64,000 bases of DNA from Gammaproteobacteria bacterium (GTDB lineage Bacteria; Pseudomonadota; Gammaproteobacteria; Eutrophobiales; Eutrophobiaceae). Positions 39,892 through 52,784 of this stretch are shown here, piece by piece. A program made the translations under genes and the position numbers. The DNA lies in NCBI GenBank assembly GCA_965238225.1, contig OZ250183.1, forward strand, positions 896,001 to 960,000, given 5' to 3'. Under the pieces are notes generated by a model. That model was given only the letters and a program-made list of their open reading frames with translations. It was not told the DNA's origin and searched no databases. Position 1 is the first letter of the stretch. Every line of letters begins with the position of its first letter.

Positions 39892-40344
39892 ATGAACAGT
39901 AGAAAACAGCACAGGCAGAATAATCATCAACAGGGTTTTTCCATGATAGAGCTGATGGTAGTAGTTGCGATCGTTGGCATTATGGCCTCAGTCGCGCTGC
40001 CAACCTATCAAAATTATACCGAAAAAACTCAGCTAGCGGCGGTTTCATCAGAGCTTGCAAGCGCCAAAAAAGCGTATCATATAATCAAAGCTGCGGGAGA
40101 GGAACCACAGTCTCTCCGAGATCAAGACAACTGGATTGGCGTGAATATTGAATCTGACTCCGGTGCATGCTGGATGCAGATCCACTTATCCCCAACAATA
40201 GACTTATCGTGCCGTATCAATAAAGGGCACTTTAAGGGAGCATACATTTATTTAGATTATGATTCTAATCCTCCTTGGAATTGTAGTTTTGAAGGCACAC
40301 CACTCATACCCAGTGATCTTCAAAAGTATGTGACCGCCTGCTAG
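39892..40344 (+). CDS. Type IVa pilin (PilA-like)
   Basis: Class III signal QQG|[27 protein letters not shown]; C-terminal cysteines; GGAGG RBS. Confidence 0.9.
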   Translation: MNSRKQHRQNNHQQGFSMIELMVVVAIVGIMASVALPTYQNYTEKTQLAAVSSELASAKKAYHIIKAAGEEPQSLRDQDNWIGVNIESDSGACWMQIHLSPTIDLSCRINKGHFKGAYIYLDYDSNPPWNCSFEGTPLIPSDLQKYVTAC

Positions 40345-40723
40345 CATTTAAGTTACCCGCAAAGTTCCCCTGTTCAAGTTGGTTTGCGCAATCAAGACTA
40401 TAATGGTCTTGTATTGCTATAAAAAAACGCTGTGGATAATACAGATAACAATCTATATTCCGTTTATGATAATTTCTAGAAGTGAAGCTACTGTCATTGA
40501 GTAACCGTTTGAGCGTAATTTTCAAGTAGAAGTACACAATCTATGACAAAGAATCGCTTGCAATATTGACGCTAGTGATTCACATAGAAATTAAGAATCC
40601 ATAAAGTTTATTTTATAAATATGAAGTAGAAATATCCATATATATCAATTATATACCTGTATCTACAGTACTAATTAATACCAGTCAGAACGTTCAGATA
40701 CGTCACAAGCGCAGCTACAAAAT

Positions 40724-40755
40724 ACTGGCAATATCCATAACTGGCAATATCCATA
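40724..40755. repeat. 16-bp perfect tandem duplication upstream of nuoA
   Basis: actggcaatatccata x2. Confidence 0.9.
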
Positions 40756-40917
40756 ATAATTTATTAATTTCAATGATTGTTTCGATGCAAGTATTGTATA
40801 CTGTCAACAGCATTGCACCAACGCAGGTAAAGATGAGCGGTTTATTGTTTGTGTACGAGATTATTTACGTGTTTTTTTCTTTTATTATTTAGATTGATAA
40901 AGGGTATAACAAACCAG

Positions 40918-41286
40918 ATGTTGGAAAATTATTTCCCCATTCTTGTATTCATTATTATTGGCTTGGTGCTGGGTACCACGATGATCATTATTGGGTTTGG
41001 TTTTGGTAAGTTGATGGGTCATGCTCGTCCGGATTCTGTAAAACAGTCTCCTTATGAATGCGGCTTCGAAGCATTTGAAAATGCCCGTATTAAATTTGAC
41101 GTTCGTTATTATCTTGTTGCCATCTTATTTATTATCTTTGATCTTGAAATTGCATTTCTCTTTCCATGGGCAGTTGTGCTTGAAGAAATAGGCTTGGCTG
41201 GGTTTTGGGCAATGATGATTTTTCTTGGCGTGCTTGTGATTGGTTTTATTTATGAATGGCGCAAAGGAGCTCTTGAATGGGAGTAA
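40918..41286 (+). CDS. nuoA: NADH-quinone oxidoreductase subunit A
   Basis: [17 protein letters not shown] and GALEWE. Confidence 0.96.
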   Translation: MLENYFPILVFIIIGLVLGTTMIIIGFGFGKLMGHARPDSVKQSPYECGFEAFENARIKFDVRYYLVAILFIIFDLEIAFLFPWAVVLEEIGLAGFWAMMIFLGVLVIGFIYEWRKGALEWE

Positions 41287-41795
41287 CACAACAAACTGGA
41301 GTATTGAATATGACTCAGGATATGGAAGGCACCGTTCATGAAAAAGGCATTGTCACTACAACAGTAGATAACGTTGTTAATTGGGCCAGAACAGGATCCC
41401 TATGGCCGATGACCTTTGGTTTGGCATGTTGTGCCGTAGAGATGATGCAGGCGGGTGCTTCTCGTTATGATATGGATCGTTTTGGTGTCATTTTCAGGCC
41501 CAGCCCTCGTCAATCTGATGTAATGATAGTTGCTGGTACGCTGGTTAATAAGATGGCACCTGCACTACGAAAAGTTTATGACCAGATGGCAGAACCACGT
41601 TGGGTAATATCCATGGGTTCATGTGCAAATGGAGGTGGTTATTATCACTACTCTTATTCTGTGGTCAGGGGTTGTGACCGAATTGTTCCTGTGGATGTTT
41701 ATGTGCCAGGCTGCCCACCTACGGCAGAGGCGCTTTTGTTTGGGATCATACAACTGCAAAATAAAATCAAACGCACTAACACGATTGAGTGTTAA
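41277..41795 (+). CDS. nuoB: NADH-quinone oxidoreductase subunit B
   Basis: [10 protein letters not shown] and VPGCPP. Confidence 0.97.
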   Translation: MGVTQQTGVLNMTQDMEGTVHEKGIVTTTVDNVVNWARTGSLWPMTFGLACCAVEMMQAGASRYDMDRFGVIFRPSPRQSDVMIVAGTLVNKMAPALRKVYDQMAEPRWVISMGSCANGGGYYHYSYSVVRGCDRIVPVDVYVPGCPPTAEALLFGIIQLQNKIKRTNTIEC

Positions 41796-41827
41796 CTTGA
41801 AACACTTGAAATAATAATTTCAAAAAT

Positions 41828-42508
41828 ATGGCAAGTTCTGTTGTGAAACTGGTGGATTTTATCAAGCAGCGTTTTGGTGAAAAGGTGCTTGATGTGCAGG
41901 TTGCTTTTGGGCAGGTAGTGATTGAGTTAACACCGGATCATTTGCTTGCAGTTTGCCAGTCACTTAAAAATGAAGAGGAATTCTCCTTTCAGCAATTAGT
42001 TGATCTGTGTGGCGTTGATTACTCAACTTTTGGCAAGGCAGACTGGGAAACCAAAAGTACGTCAAGCACAGGGTTTAGTCGTGGCGTGAGTAAAGAAATT
42101 TTTGATGATGAAACACAAACGCAACTACGATTTGCTGTGGTCTATCATCTACTGTCTATTAAGCACAATCAGCGATTGCGTGTTCGCTGCATGATTAATG
42201 AAACACCCGCAAAGATTGAATCTGTAGTTAGACTCTGGGCATCAGCAAATTGGTATGAGCGTGAGGCTTTTGATTTATTCGGTATTCTTTTTGAAGGCCA
42301 TCCTGACTTAAGGAGAATTTTGACCGATTATGGTTTTATCGGGCATCCATTTAGGAAGGATTTTCCGTTGGAAGGAAACGTTGAAGTGCGTTACGACCCT
42401 GAACAAAAACGTGTGATCTATCAGCCTGTGACTATTACTAACCGTGTTTTGGTGCCACGAGTCATTCGTCATGATAATCGTTATGAGGAAGCGAGCGATG
42501 ATACATAA
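41828..42508 (+). CDS. nuoC: NADH-quinone oxidoreductase subunit C
   Basis: [30 protein letters not shown]. Confidence 0.97.
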   Translation: MASSVVKLVDFIKQRFGEKVLDVQVAFGQVVIELTPDHLLAVCQSLKNEEEFSFQQLVDLCGVDYSTFGKADWETKSTSSTGFSRGVSKEIFDDETQTQLRFAVVYHLLSIKHNQRLRVRCMINETPAKIESVVRLWASANWYEREAFDLFGILFEGHPDLRRILTDYGFIGHPFRKDFPLEGNVEVRYDPEQKRVIYQPVTITNRVLVPRVIRHDNRYEEASDDT

Positions 42509-42622
42509 AACAATGACGCATAAAAAGATATTTAAGATGAGCATCAACATGAAATTACTATGTGTTTGTATATAAAAATTAAAGCGCAACGATTGTTATT
42601 TTTCATTTTGGATGTATGAAAA

Positions 42623-43876
42623 ATGCCTGATATTAGTAATATGACAATGAATTTTGGGCCGCAGCATCCTGCTGCCCATGGTGTCCTGCGTTTGGTGTTG
42701 GAAATGAACGGTGAAGTGATTGAAAGAGCCGATCCGCATATTGGTTTATTGCACCGAGGTACGGAAAAATTAGCTGAGTATAAACCATACAATCAAAATA
42801 TCGGTTATATGGATAGGCTTGATTATGTTTCCATGATGTGTAATGAGCATGCTTATGTGATGGCAATTGAAAAACTCATAGACGTTACACCGCCACCTCG
42901 CGCGCAATATATCCGTGTTATGTATGCAGAAATTACCCGTATATTAAATCATTTAATGTGGCTCGGAACCCACGCGCTGGATATCGGCGCTATGACTATG
43001 TTTTTATATTGTTTTCGTGAACGTGAAGATCTCATGGACTGTTATGAAGCAGTCTCGGGCACACGCATGCATGCAACTTATTTTCGTCCAGGAGGCGTTT
43101 ATAGAGATCTCCCTAAAACGATGCCTCAATATGAAATATCAAAATGGCATAACGAAAAAGAAGTGAAAAAAATGAATCAAAGCAGACAAGGTTCTTTGCT
43201 TGATTTTATCAAAAGATTCACAGAGAAATTTCCTGGTTGTGTTGATGAATATGAAACGCTATTAACGGACAATAGAATCTGGAAACAGCGTACTGTTGAC
43301 ATTGGTGTTGTTTCGGCAGAAAGAGCATTACAGCTAGGGTTTACTGGTCCGATGTTAAGAGGTTCTGGCGTTGAATGGGATCTGCGTAAAAAACAAACTT
43401 ATGATATTTATGACCAAGTTGAGTTTGATATTCCGGTTGGAGTCAATGGTGATTGTTATGATCGCTATCTAGTTCGAATTGAGGAAATGCGTCAATCTAA
43501 TAGTATTATTAAACAATGTGTAGACTGGTTAAAACAAAATCCAGGACCAGTAATCTTGGATGACTCCAAATTAATCTCACCAAGACGTGAAGATATGAAA
43601 GGCGATATGGAATCTCTTATTCATCACTTTAAATTATTTACTGAAGGCTATTGTGTGCCAGAAGGTGAAACTTACTCAGCAGTAGAGCATCCAAAAGGCG
43701 AATTTGGAATTTATTTAATTTCTGATGGAGCAAATAAACCGTACCGATTGAAAATTCGCGCTCCTGGTTTTGCACATTTATCAGCCATGGATGAAATGGT
43801 CAGGGGTCATATGTTGTCTGATGTAGTAACAGTGATAGGAACACAGGATATTGTCTTTGGAGAAATAGATCGATGA
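42623..43876 (+). CDS. nuoD: NADH-quinone oxidoreductase subunit D
   Basis: [15 protein letters not shown] and GEIDR. Confidence 0.98.
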   Translation: MPDISNMTMNFGPQHPAAHGVLRLVLEMNGEVIERADPHIGLLHRGTEKLAEYKPYNQNIGYMDRLDYVSMMCNEHAYVMAIEKLIDVTPPPRAQYIRVMYAEITRILNHLMWLGTHALDIGAMTMFLYCFREREDLMDCYEAVSGTRMHATYFRPGGVYRDLPKTMPQYEISKWHNEKEVKKMNQSRQGSLLDFIKRFTEKFPGCVDEYETLLTDNRIWKQRTVDIGVVSAERALQLGFTGPMLRGSGVEWDLRKKQTYDIYDQVEFDIPVGVNGDCYDRYLVRIEEMRQSNSIIKQCVDWLKQNPGPVILDDSKLISPRREDMKGDMESLIHHFKLFTEGYCVPEGETYSAVEHPKGEFGIYLISDGANKPYRLKIRAPGFAHLSAMDEMVRGHMLSDVVTVIGTQDIVFGEIDR

Positions 43877-43996
43877 TTTCAGTTTTTTTCTTTTATCTTA
43901 ATACATTGCTGTTTTATTTTTTTAAACTATTCATGTCTTACCTTAAAGAAAAAGTATTTGCTAAAAATTTACCTGTTAAAATTGAATTTATCTATA

Positions 43997-44479
43997 GTGA
44001 GCGATCTGAGTCCACACGTTAAAACCGAGATTGATCGTTGGGTTGCGAAATACCCTGCAGATCGAAAACAGTCTGCAGTTTTGGCTGCCTTGCGTTCTGT
44101 GCAACATGAAAATCAGGGGTATCTGAATGTTAATCTGATGGATTTAGTGGCTGAGTATTTAGGTATGCCAGCTATTGCTGTTTATGAAGTTGCCTCTTTT
44201 TATTCTATGTTAGAAACAGAAAAATGTGGTCGGCATAGTATTTCTGTTTGTACCAATATCTCATGTATGTTGAATGGTTCTGGAGAAATCATGGAGTACA
44301 TAGAAAAAAAATTGGGCATTAAGGAAGGTGAATCAACAGAGGATAATCGTTTTTATATCAAACAGGAGGAGGAATGTCTTGCTGCCTGTTGCGGTGCGCC
44401 GATGATGATGGTTGATCATATTTATTACGAAAACTTGACCCCTGAAAAAGTTGATAAAATCTTGGATAATCTGGAGTAG
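43997..44479 (+). CDS. nuoE: NADH-quinone oxidoreductase subunit E
   Basis: [16 protein letters not shown]; probable GTG start at 43997. Confidence 0.95.
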   Translation: MSDLSPHVKTEIDRWVAKYPADRKQSAVLAALRSVQHENQGYLNVNLMDLVAEYLGMPAIAVYEVASFYSMLETEKCGRHSISVCTNISCMLNGSGEIMEYIEKKLGIKEGESTEDNRFYIKQEEECLAACCGAPMMMVDHIYYENLTPEKVDKILDNLE

Positions 44480-44486
44480 TTTGCAC

Positions 44487-45770
44487 ATGGAGAAATTAAA
44501 TCAGGTTTGCTACGCAACATGCCAATTTGATAAATCGTGGACACTGGAAAATTATATTCGAGTTGACGGTTATGAGGCGTGGTCAAAAATTATCAATGAG
44601 AGAATCCCCCCTGAAGATATAATTGAAATCGTAAAAAAATCTGGTTTACGTGGTCGCGGTGGCGCTGGTTTTCCAACGGGACTGAAATGGAGTTTTATGC
44701 CACGCGATATTGATATTGCAAAGTACGTTGTTTGTAACTCGGATGAAAGCGAGCCAGGTACTTGCAAAGACCGTGATATTTTGCGTTTTAATCCGCATTC
44801 TTTGGTAGAAGGTTTGGCAATTGCTTGTTATGCCATGAATACCAAAGTGGCTTATAACTATATTCGCGGCGAATTCATGGATGAACCTTATCAACGTTTT
44901 GAGCAAGCATTAAAAGAGGCTTACCAACAAGGTTATCTGGGTAAAAATATTATGGGATCTGGAGTAGAAGTAGATATTTATAGCACTTTAGGCGCTGGCG
45001 CTTATATCTGCGGTGAGGAAACTGCATTACTCGAATCATTGGAAGGTAAAAAAGGTCAGCCACGTTTTAAACCACCTTTTCCTGCCAATTTTGGCTTGTA
45101 CGGCAGACCCACTACTATCAACAATACCGAGTCTTTTGCTTCTGTGCCATCTATTGTAAAAAATGGTGCCGACTGGTTTGCTAAAATGGGCGTGCCTAAC
45201 AGCGGTGGCAGCAAATGCTTTTCAGTGAGCGGACATGTAAATAAACCAGGTAACTTTGAAGTGCCCTTGGGTATGCCTTTTACGGATTTATTGAATCTTG
45301 CTGGCGGCGTGCGTCATGGTAATCAACTAAAAGCCGTGATCCCAGGCGGTTCTTCTGTTCCTGTAATGCATGGCAAAGACATGATGGATGTAAAGATGGA
45401 TTATGAATCCATTCAAGAAGCTGGCTCCTATCTTGGTTCCGGTGCTGTGATTATTATGGACGAGACCACATGCATGGTGCGCATGCTTGAACGTATTGCT
45501 CGTTTTTATTATTCAGAATCTTGTGGCCAATGTACGCCATGTCGTGAGGGAACTGGTTGGCTGTATCGAATGATTAAACGCATTGAACATGGAGCAGGTG
45601 AGCAAGAGGATCTGGATAAATTAATTGATGTTGCGAATAAAATAGAAGGTAGAACTATTTGTGCTTTGGGTGATGCAGCAGCATGGCCGGTGCAAAGTTT
45701 TGTTAAAAGGTTTCGTGATGAATTTCAATATCACATAGACAATAAATGTTGTATGCCAGGAATAGTATGA
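44487..45770 (+). CDS. nuoF: NADH-quinone oxidoreductase subunit F
   Basis: [23 protein letters not shown] and [10 protein letters not shown]. Confidence 0.97.
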   Translation: MEKLNQVCYATCQFDKSWTLENYIRVDGYEAWSKIINERIPPEDIIEIVKKSGLRGRGGAGFPTGLKWSFMPRDIDIAKYVVCNSDESEPGTCKDRDILRFNPHSLVEGLAIACYAMNTKVAYNYIRGEFMDEPYQRFEQALKEAYQQGYLGKNIMGSGVEVDIYSTLGAGAYICGEETALLESLEGKKGQPRFKPPFPANFGLYGRPTTINNTESFASVPSIVKNGADWFAKMGVPNSGGSKCFSVSGHVNKPGNFEVPLGMPFTDLLNLAGGVRHGNQLKAVIPGGSSVPVMHGKDMMDVKMDYESIQEAGSYLGSGAVIIMDETTCMVRMLERIARFYYSESCGQCTPCREGTGWLYRMIKRIEHGAGEQEDLDKLIDVANKIEGRTICALGDAAAWPVQSFVKRFRDEFQYHIDNKCCMPGIV

Positions 45771-48172
45771 CAAATGATATTTTAAATATTGAAGTAGATG
45801 GTAAGTCTTTAAAGGCGCGGTCTGGGCAGATGCTCATTGAAGTGACAGACGCCAATGATATTTATATCCCTAGATTTTGTTATCACAAAAAATTAACTGT
45901 TGCTGCTAATTGTCGTATGTGCCTAGTTGAGGTTGAGAAAGCACGAACTCCATTGCCTGCCTGCGCTACATCGGTAACGGATGGCATGAAGGTGCAGACT
46001 CGTTCAAAGCTTGCCATTGAAGCACAGAAATCTGTCATGGAATTTCTACTTATTAATCATCCGCTTGATTGTCCAATTTGTGATCAAGGTGGAGAGTGTG
46101 AGTTACAGGATCTTGCAGTTGGATACGGCGAGGGCATTTCGCGCTATCAGGAAAGCAAAAGAGTTGTTAAGGATAAAAATCTTGGTCCATTGATTCAAAC
46201 AGATATGACTCGCTGCATCCATTGTACGCGTTGTGTTCGATTTGGTGAAGAGATTGCAGGTCTACGTGAGATGGGTTCCGTAGGACGAGGTGAACGCATG
46301 GAGATAGGCACCTACATAGAAAAGGGCGTATCCTCTGAAATGTCAGGCAATATTATTGATATTTGCCCCGTTGGTGCATTAACCTCAAAACCTTTTAGAT
46401 TTTCAGCACGTGCATGGGAAATGGTACAACATGAGAGTATTGCACCTCATGATTCTGTTGGTTCGAAAATGGCGTTGCACATCAAGGATGGTCGCGTTAT
46501 GCGCGTTGTTCCAGCAGAGAATGAAAGTATTAATGAAGTTTGGTTATCAGATCGCGATCGATTTAGTTACGAGGGAATGTATAGCGATGATCGTTTGCAA
46601 ACACCAATGATTAAACAAAATGGTGTTTGGGAAGAAACAGATTGGCAGACTGCGCTTCAGTATTTAAGTGAAAATCTAGATAATACTTTGGTAAAACACG
46701 GCGGCGATAAGCTAGGCGGATTAATATCTCCCACATCAACACTTGAAGAACTTTATTTATTCCAGAAATTATTACGCGCACTTGGAAGTAATAATATTGA
46801 TAGTCGTTTACGTCAAAATGATTTTTTGCAACAAGATGGAGATCCACCATTCCCATATCTGGGTCAGTCGATTGCAGCATTAGAAGATCTTGATGCGGTA
46901 TTGGTGATTGGCAGTAATGTTAGAAAAGAGCAGCCGATAATCAATCATCGTTTACGTAAGGCATCATTAAAAGGTGCCTGTGTGATGATGGTTAATTCAG
47001 TTGATTATGAGTTTAATTACGATATTTCTGAGAAGATCATCTTATCACCATCAGAAATCACAACGGTATTGTCAGGTATCATCAAGGCATTATCTGAAAT
47101 AGGGGGTCGTTCAGTAGATGCTGCTGTCCAATCACTAATAAGCGATGTGAGTATAAATGCATCACATCGCAAGATAGCCGAAAAATTATTTAAAGCTCAA
47201 GCAGGGTCAGTTTTATTAGGCAATCTAGCTACAGCACATGAAAAATTTTCAACATTAAAAATATTAGCATTAGAAATTGCCAAATTTGCCGATATTAAAT
47301 ATGGCTTCATCAGCGAAGCATCAAATACAAGTGGCGCATATTTGGCGGGTGCATTGCCTCATCGAGGCGCAGGCGGTGGAATGCTTAATGGTTCATCAGG
47401 ATTAACAATTGGGGCAATGTTGGAGCAATCTTTAAATGCCTATTTATTGCTTGGTGTTGAGCCAGAGATGGATTGCTGGGATGGTGGCAAAGCACTTAAG
47501 GCATTGGAAAATGCAGAGTTTGTTGTTTCAATGACAGCATATCAATCAGAACTCATGAAACAATATGCCGATGTGCTTTTACCTATTGCACTTTTTGCAG
47601 AAACTTCCGGCACCTACATTAATGTTGAAGGACAATCGCAAAGTTTTACAGCAGCAGTAGACCCTGCGGGTGAAGCACGGCCGGCATGGAAAATTCTCCG
47701 TATCATGGGTAATTTGATGGGTCTTGAACAATTTGAATACAACAGTTTCAAAGAAGTTAAAGACGAAATTGCCAGTGTTATTGATAGCGTTGCTTTAGAT
47801 AGTATAGGTAACTGGACGATGCCAGAATCTTTAAAAAATGACACAATGAATGCTGACATGGCTAAAAGTGGTGTATTGCAAAGAATTACAGAAATCTCAA
47901 TGTACAGTATTGACGCTATGATCAGAAGGGCGCAAGCACTGCAAAATACAGATGACAGTAAAAGCATGATTCAAATCAATTCTTCACTGGCGCATAAGGT
48001 TAATGTTGCGGCAGGAGATACTGTTGTCGTTAAGCAGGAAGGAAATAGCATCAGCGCACCTGTAATGATTAATGATAGGGTCTCAGATAATTGTGTATCG
48101 ATTCATTTAGCACAAATGAGCCATTCCAGATTAGGCGCATGGCATGGAAATGTCAGCTTAAGGAAAGCATAA
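45767..48172 (+). CDS. nuoG: NADH-quinone oxidoreductase subunit G
   Basis: [22 protein letters not shown] and CIHCTRC. Confidence 0.97.
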   Translation: MTNDILNIEVDGKSLKARSGQMLIEVTDANDIYIPRFCYHKKLTVAANCRMCLVEVEKARTPLPACATSVTDGMKVQTRSKLAIEAQKSVMEFLLINHPLDCPICDQGGECELQDLAVGYGEGISRYQESKRVVKDKNLGPLIQTDMTRCIHCTRCVRFGEEIAGLREMGSVGRGERMEIGTYIEKGVSSEMSGNIIDICPVGALTSKPFRFSARAWEMVQHESIAPHDSVGSKMALHIKDGRVMRVVPAENESINEVWLSDRDRFSYEGMYSDDRLQTPMIKQNGVWEETDWQTALQYLSENLDNTLVKHGGDKLGGLISPTSTLEELYLFQKLLRALGSNNIDSRLRQNDFLQQDGDPPFPYLGQSIAALEDLDAVLVIGSNVRKEQPIINHRLRKASLKGACVMMVNSVDYEFNYDISEKIILSPSEITTVLSGIIKALSEIGGRSVDAAVQSLISDVSINASHRKIAEKLFKAQAGSVLLGNLATAHEKFSTLKILALEIAKFADIKYGFISEASNTSGAYLAGALPHRGAGGGMLNGSSGLTIGAMLEQSLNAYLLLGVEPEMDCWDGGKALKALENAEFVVSMTAYQSELMKQYADVLLPIALFAETSGTYINVEGQSQSFTAAVDPAGEARPAWKILRIMGNLMGLEQFEYNSFKEVKDEIASVIDSVALDSIGNWTMPESLKNDTMNADMAKSGVLQRITEISMYSIDAMIRRAQALQNTDDSKSMIQINSSLAHKVNVAAGDTVVVKQEGNSISAPVMINDRVSDNCVSIHLAQMSHSRLGAWHGNVSLRKA

Positions 48173-48174
48173 GT

Positions 48175-49296
48175 ATGATGGAATGGATACAGCCTAATTT
48201 GATTACACCCTTAGTGGAACAACTGTTCCCGACCGCAATACATGTTTATGCTGCACTGACGATTGAAGTTATTTTGAAAATTATGCTTATTGTTGCAATA
48301 GTGTTATTTGCGGTTGCCTATTTAACTTACGCAGAACGTAAGGTGATTGGTTTTATTCAAGGACGTATCGGACCTAATCGCGTGGGTTTATTCGGCCGAT
48401 CATTATGGGGGCTCGGGCAACCGATTGCCGATGCCTTTAAGTTAATTTTTAAAGAAATTATTATCCCAACAGGATCCAGTAAGATTCTGTTTATTATTGC
48501 ACCGATTCTATCATTCGCGCCCTCTCTTGCTGCTTGGGCAGTGATTCCTTTTAGCGATACTCTGGTATTAGCAGATATCAACGCCGGATTGCTTTATATT
48601 TTAGCGCTGACATCTTTGGCTGTCTATGGCGTGATCATTGCTGGCTGGGCATCGAACTCAAAATATGCTTTTCTCGGAGCTATGCGCTCTGTTGCCCAAG
48701 TTATATCTTATGAAATTGCCATGGGGTTTGCCTTAGTGGGCGTATTGATTGCAGCGGGCAGTTTGAATCTGGGTGATATTGTCAACGCTCAAAATGGCAG
48801 TGTCATACACTGGTTCTGGTTGCCGTTATTACCACTTGCCGTAGTTTATTTTATTTCTGGTGTCGCTGAAACCAATCGCGCACCGTTTGATGTTGCTGAG
48901 GGTGAATCTGAAATTGTTGCTGGTTTCCACGTGGAATATAGCGGCATGGCTTTCTCAGTTTTCTTTATGGCTGAATATGCCAATATGATAATTATTTCAA
49001 TCTTGATGTCCGTGTTGTTTTGTGGTGGTTGGTTATCACCGATACAGGGAATATTGCCAGAGATAATTTTTAAAGTGCCAGTCGTTGGAATTTTACTTGG
49101 AGAGGGCATTCACTGGCTGCTATTAAAAACTTCATTTTTTTTGTTTATGTTTTTATGGTTACGTGCGACTTTCCCACGTTATCGTTATGATCAGATCATG
49201 CGCTTAGGCTGGAAAATATTTATTCCAATTACTATTGTCTGGTTAATCGTTGTTGCCGTAATGGTCATAACAAAAATGCCACCATGGTTTACTTAG
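48175..49296 (+). CDS. nuoH: NADH-quinone oxidoreductase subunit H
   Basis: [12 protein letters not shown] and ETNRAPFD. Confidence 0.97.
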   Translation: MMEWIQPNLITPLVEQLFPTAIHVYAALTIEVILKIMLIVAIVLFAVAYLTYAERKVIGFIQGRIGPNRVGLFGRSLWGLGQPIADAFKLIFKEIIIPTGSSKILFIIAPILSFAPSLAAWAVIPFSDTLVLADINAGLLYILALTSLAVYGVIIAGWASNSKYAFLGAMRSVAQVISYEIAMGFALVGVLIAAGSLNLGDIVNAQNGSVIHWFWLPLLPLAVVYFISGVAETNRAPFDVAEGESEIVAGFHVEYSGMAFSVFFMAEYANMIIISILMSVLFCGGWLSPIQGILPEIIFKVPVVGILLGEGIHWLLLKTSFFLFMFLWLRATFPRYRYDQIMRLGWKIFIPITIVWLIVVAVMVITKMPPWFT

Positions 49297-49332
49297 ATGC
49301 TGAGAATTATTAAAGAGAGTAGTTGAAGATAT

Positions 49333-49824
49333 ATGATTAAAAACTTAACCAGATACATAAAAAGTTTATTCCTTCTTGAATTAATCAAAGGTTTGAGATT
49401 GACCGGACGTTATTTATTCAAAAAAAAAATAACTGTTCAATATCCAGAAGAAAAAACACCACAATCACAACGATTTCGCGGATTACATGCGCTGCGTCGT
49501 TATGCGAATGGTGAGGAACGATGTATTGCCTGTAAGTTATGTGAAGCAGTGTGCCCGGCAGTTGCGATTACCATTGAGTCTTCGCAACGTGAAGATGGTA
49601 GTCGTCGAACAACTCGTTATGATATCGATCTATCTAAATGTATTTACTGTGGTTTCTGTGAAGAATCTTGTCCGGTTGATGCTATTGTCGAAACTCGAAT
49701 TTTTGAATATCACGGTGAGAGGCGTAGTGATTTGATAATGACAAAAGAAATGTTGCTTGAAGTTGGCGATCAGGAAGAAAAACAAATTGCAAAAGATCGC
49801 ACAGAAGAAGCGCCTTATAGATGA
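49333..49824 (+). CDS. nuoI: NADH-quinone oxidoreductase subunit I
   Basis: Two CxxCxxCxxxCP motifs. Confidence 0.97.
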   Translation: MIKNLTRYIKSLFLLELIKGLRLTGRYLFKKKITVQYPEEKTPQSQRFRGLHALRRYANGEERCIACKLCEAVCPAVAITIESSQREDGSRRTTRYDIDLSKCIYCGFCEESCPVDAIVETRIFEYHGERRSDLIMTKEMLLEVGDQEEKQIAKDRTEEAPYR

Positions 49825-50456
49825 TCGAACAAACAGTTTTTTTTGTTTTTTCTGCTTTATTACTCATGTCCGCTGGACTAATGATCACCGTACGCAACCC
49901 AGTATTCGCAGCCTTATTCTTGATTTCTGCTTTTTTCTCAAGCTCCGCTATCTGGCTATTACTTGAGGCAGAATTTTTGGCTATTACCCTAGTTCTGGTT
50001 TATGTTGGAGCGGTAATGGTTTTATTTATGTTTGTGGTCATGATGTTGGATATAAATTTATCTGCCATGAGAGAAGGTTTCGCAAAATATTTACCTATTG
50101 GCGCGCTCGTTGCCATTTTAATGGCTTTTTCTATGGGCTTAATAATTAACGCTGGTGAATTTGACTCGATAAGTGATTCTACCCAACGACATGGCGCAGA
50201 TTACAGTAATACAAAAGATCTCGGCACAACTTTATATACAAATTATTTATATCCCTTTGAGATAGCAGGTACTATTTTACTGGTTGCGATCATTGCTGCA
50301 ATTTCATTGACAATGCGTAGTCCACGTTCTAGAAAAACACAAAAGCCTAGCAATCAAGTTGCTGTTAAAAATACTGATAGACTTAAGATTGTTAAAATGA
50401 AAGCTGAAAAACAAGACTCCGATCCAATGCAGGAAGTAGAGGATGAATCAATATGA
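49821..50456 (+). CDS. nuoJ: NADH-quinone oxidoreductase subunit J
   Basis: [11 protein letters not shown] and YPFE. Confidence 0.95.
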   Translation: MIEQTVFFVFSALLLMSAGLMITVRNPVFAALFLISAFFSSSAIWLLLEAEFLAITLVLVYVGAVMVLFMFVVMMLDINLSAMREGFAKYLPIGALVAILMAFSMGLIINAGEFDSISDSTQRHGADYSNTKDLGTTLYTNYLYPFEIAGTILLVAIIAAISLTMRSPRSRKTQKPSNQVAVKNTDRLKIVKMKAEKQDSDPMQEVEDESI

Positions 50457-50758
50457 TTAGCTTATCTCAGGTATTAGTCCTCGCGGCCTTGCTTTTTTGC
50501 ATCAGTGTTGCAGGAATATTTCTTAATAGAAAAAATATTTTAATCTTACTGATGTGTATTGAATTAATGTTGCTGTCAGTGAATATGAATTTCATTGCCT
50601 TTTCATATTTTCTTGGTGATATAAATGGTCAGGTATTTGTCTTTTTTGTCTTAACTGTAGCTGCTGCAGAATCTGCAATTGGATTGGCGATTCTTGTTGT
50701 CCTATTTAGAAACAGGAATACGATTAACGTTGATGACTTGAAGAGTATGGATGGTTAG
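50453..50758 (+). CDS. nuoK: NADH-quinone oxidoreductase subunit K
   Basis: IELML and [11 protein letters not shown]. Confidence 0.96.
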   Translation: MISLSQVLVLAALLFCISVAGIFLNRKNILILLMCIELMLLSVNMNFIAFSYFLGDINGQVFVFFVLTVAAAESAIGLAILVVLFRNRNTINVDDLKSMDG

Positions 50759-50764
50759 GAAAAT

Positions 50765-52759
50765 ATGAATCCATTTGAAAACATGGAGAATATTTATCTC
50801 ACTATTGCTTTGGCGCCCTTGGTTGGATCAATTATTGCGGGACTGTTTGGAAAGTTAATAGGTCGTAGCGGCGCACATTGGGTTACTATTATAGCTGTTG
50901 GCATATCATGCATTCTATCCTTACTAGCCTATTATAATCTTTTTTATAATGACGGCGATATCTATAACGTTTCAGTCTACACTTGGTTAAACAGTGGTAG
51001 TTTGAAGCTTGAAATTGGTTTTTTAATTGATCAACTCTCTGTTACCATGATGGTAGTTGTCACGTTTGTTTCGTGGATGATTCATATCTATAGCATAGGT
51101 TATATGCATGATGATCCGGGCTATCAACGCTTCTTTAGTTATATCTCCTTATTTACCTTTGCCATGTTGATGTTGGTAATGTCAAATAATTTTCTACAGT
51201 TATTCTTTGGTTGGGAAGCAGTTGGTTTAGTCTCTTATTTGTTGATTGGTTTTTGGTATACACGTGAAACTGCAATTTTCGCCAATATGAAAGCGTTTCT
51301 GGTGAACCGAATTGGTGATTTCGGGTTTCTACTGGGGATTGCCGCAATATTCATGCATTTTCATTCCATGGATTATATTGAAGTATTTGAGCAAGCACCG
51401 GTTTTGGCTAATACAACAGTAAATATCTGGGGCGATGAATTATGGTCATTGATGTCGGTGATTTGTATTTGTCTTTTTATTGGTGCTATGGGTAAGTCAG
51501 CACAGGTTCCTTTACATGTATGGTTGCCAGACTCCATGGAAGGCCCAACACCTATATCAGCATTGATTCATGCTGCCACCATGGTGACTGCGGGGATATT
51601 TATGGTGTCACGCATGTCACCACTTTATGAATTATCTGAAACAGCTTTGAATTTTATTTTAATTATCGGCGCAATAACTGCGTTCTTTATGGGGTTTCTG
51701 GGTTTGGTGCAAAATGATATCAAACGCGTCATCGCCTATTCAACCTTGTCGCAACTGGGTTACATGACAGTTGCTTTGGGTGTTTCTGCTTATGCCGCCT
51801 CTATGTTTCATTTAATAACACATGCCTTTTTCAAGGCTCTATTATTTCTAGCTGCTGGTTCTGTCATCATCGCCATGCATCATGAGCAGGATATGCGCAA
51901 AATGGGCGGGCTTTATAAATATCTGCCGATCACATGGATGGTCTGTTTGATAGGTTCAATTGCTTTGATTGGTTTTCCTGGAACATCGGGATTTTTTTCC
52001 AAGGATGCCATTATTGAGGCTGTATCTTTATCTACATTACCTGCTTCTCGTTACGCTTATTATGCGGTTTTATCAGGAGTCTTTATTACAGCGCTCTATA
52101 GCTTTCGTCTTTTTTTTATGACCTTCCATGGCAAGGAAAGAATGGATAGACATGTATGGGAGCGTCTACATGAAAGTCCACGAGTAGTTTTGTTTCCTTT
52201 AATAGCCTTGGCGATTCCATCTCTAATTCTTGGGGTGTTCTTGGTCGAGCCAATGTTATTTGGTGATTATTATGCTGAGGCAATTCAAGTTGCAGGGAGT
52301 CATGACGTATTGCTTGAAATGGGGCATCATTATCACGGAGCGTGGTATGCTGTCGCATGGCAATTTTTTGTTCACGCAATCAGCCATCCAATAATCATAC
52401 TATTAGCTTTTTCTGGTGTATTTACAGCTTGGTTGTTGTACGTCAAATTTCCTGAGTTACCTCAGAAGATAGCCGTTGTCCTGTATCCTGCTCATCGTCT
52501 TCTTAAAAATAAATATGGTTTTGATGACCTTTATCAAAAGATTTTTGCCGGCAGCACAAAAGGAATTGGGCAATTATTTTGGCAAATAGGTGATGTCAAA
52601 ATCATTGATGGTTTTATCATTAATGGTTCTGCGTTATCTGTTCGATGGTTTTCTAGCGTCATCAGGAAAATACAGTCAGGTTATTTGTATCACTATGCGT
52701 TTGCCATGATTTTTGGCTTATTGCTTTTGCTTACAATTTTTGCATACCAATTAATTTAA
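50765..52759 (+). CDS. nuoL: NADH-quinone oxidoreductase subunit L
   Basis: GKSAQVPLHVWLPDSMEGPTP and HAFFKALLFL. Confidence 0.97.
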   Translation: MNPFENMENIYLTIALAPLVGSIIAGLFGKLIGRSGAHWVTIIAVGISCILSLLAYYNLFYNDGDIYNVSVYTWLNSGSLKLEIGFLIDQLSVTMMVVVTFVSWMIHIYSIGYMHDDPGYQRFFSYISLFTFAMLMLVMSNNFLQLFFGWEAVGLVSYLLIGFWYTRETAIFANMKAFLVNRIGDFGFLLGIAAIFMHFHSMDYIEVFEQAPVLANTTVNIWGDELWSLMSVICICLFIGAMGKSAQVPLHVWLPDSMEGPTPISALIHAATMVTAGIFMVSRMSPLYELSETALNFILIIGAITAFFMGFLGLVQNDIKRVIAYSTLSQLGYMTVALGVSAYAASMFHLITHAFFKALLFLAAGSVIIAMHHEQDMRKMGGLYKYLPITWMVCLIGSIALIGFPGTSGFFSKDAIIEAVSLSTLPASRYAYYAVLSGVFITALYSFRLFFMTFHGKERMDRHVWERLHESPRVVLFPLIALAIPSLILGVFLVEPMLFGDYYAEAIQVAGSHDVLLEMGHHYHGAWYAVAWQFFVHAISHPIIILLAFSGVFTAWLLYVKFPELPQKIAVVLYPAHRLLKNKYGFDDLYQKIFAGSTKGIGQLFWQIGDVKIIDGFIINGSALSVRWFSSVIRKIQSGYLYHYAFAMIFGLLLLLTIFAYQLI

Positions 52760-52784
52760 TCATAAAAAGCAATAAATATCAAAA

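Noticed and set aside
43873-44020. Phe-rich small ORF overlapping the nuoD stop and nuoE start
   Set aside because: Low-complexity AT-rich sequence that overlaps nuoE, with no family resemblance
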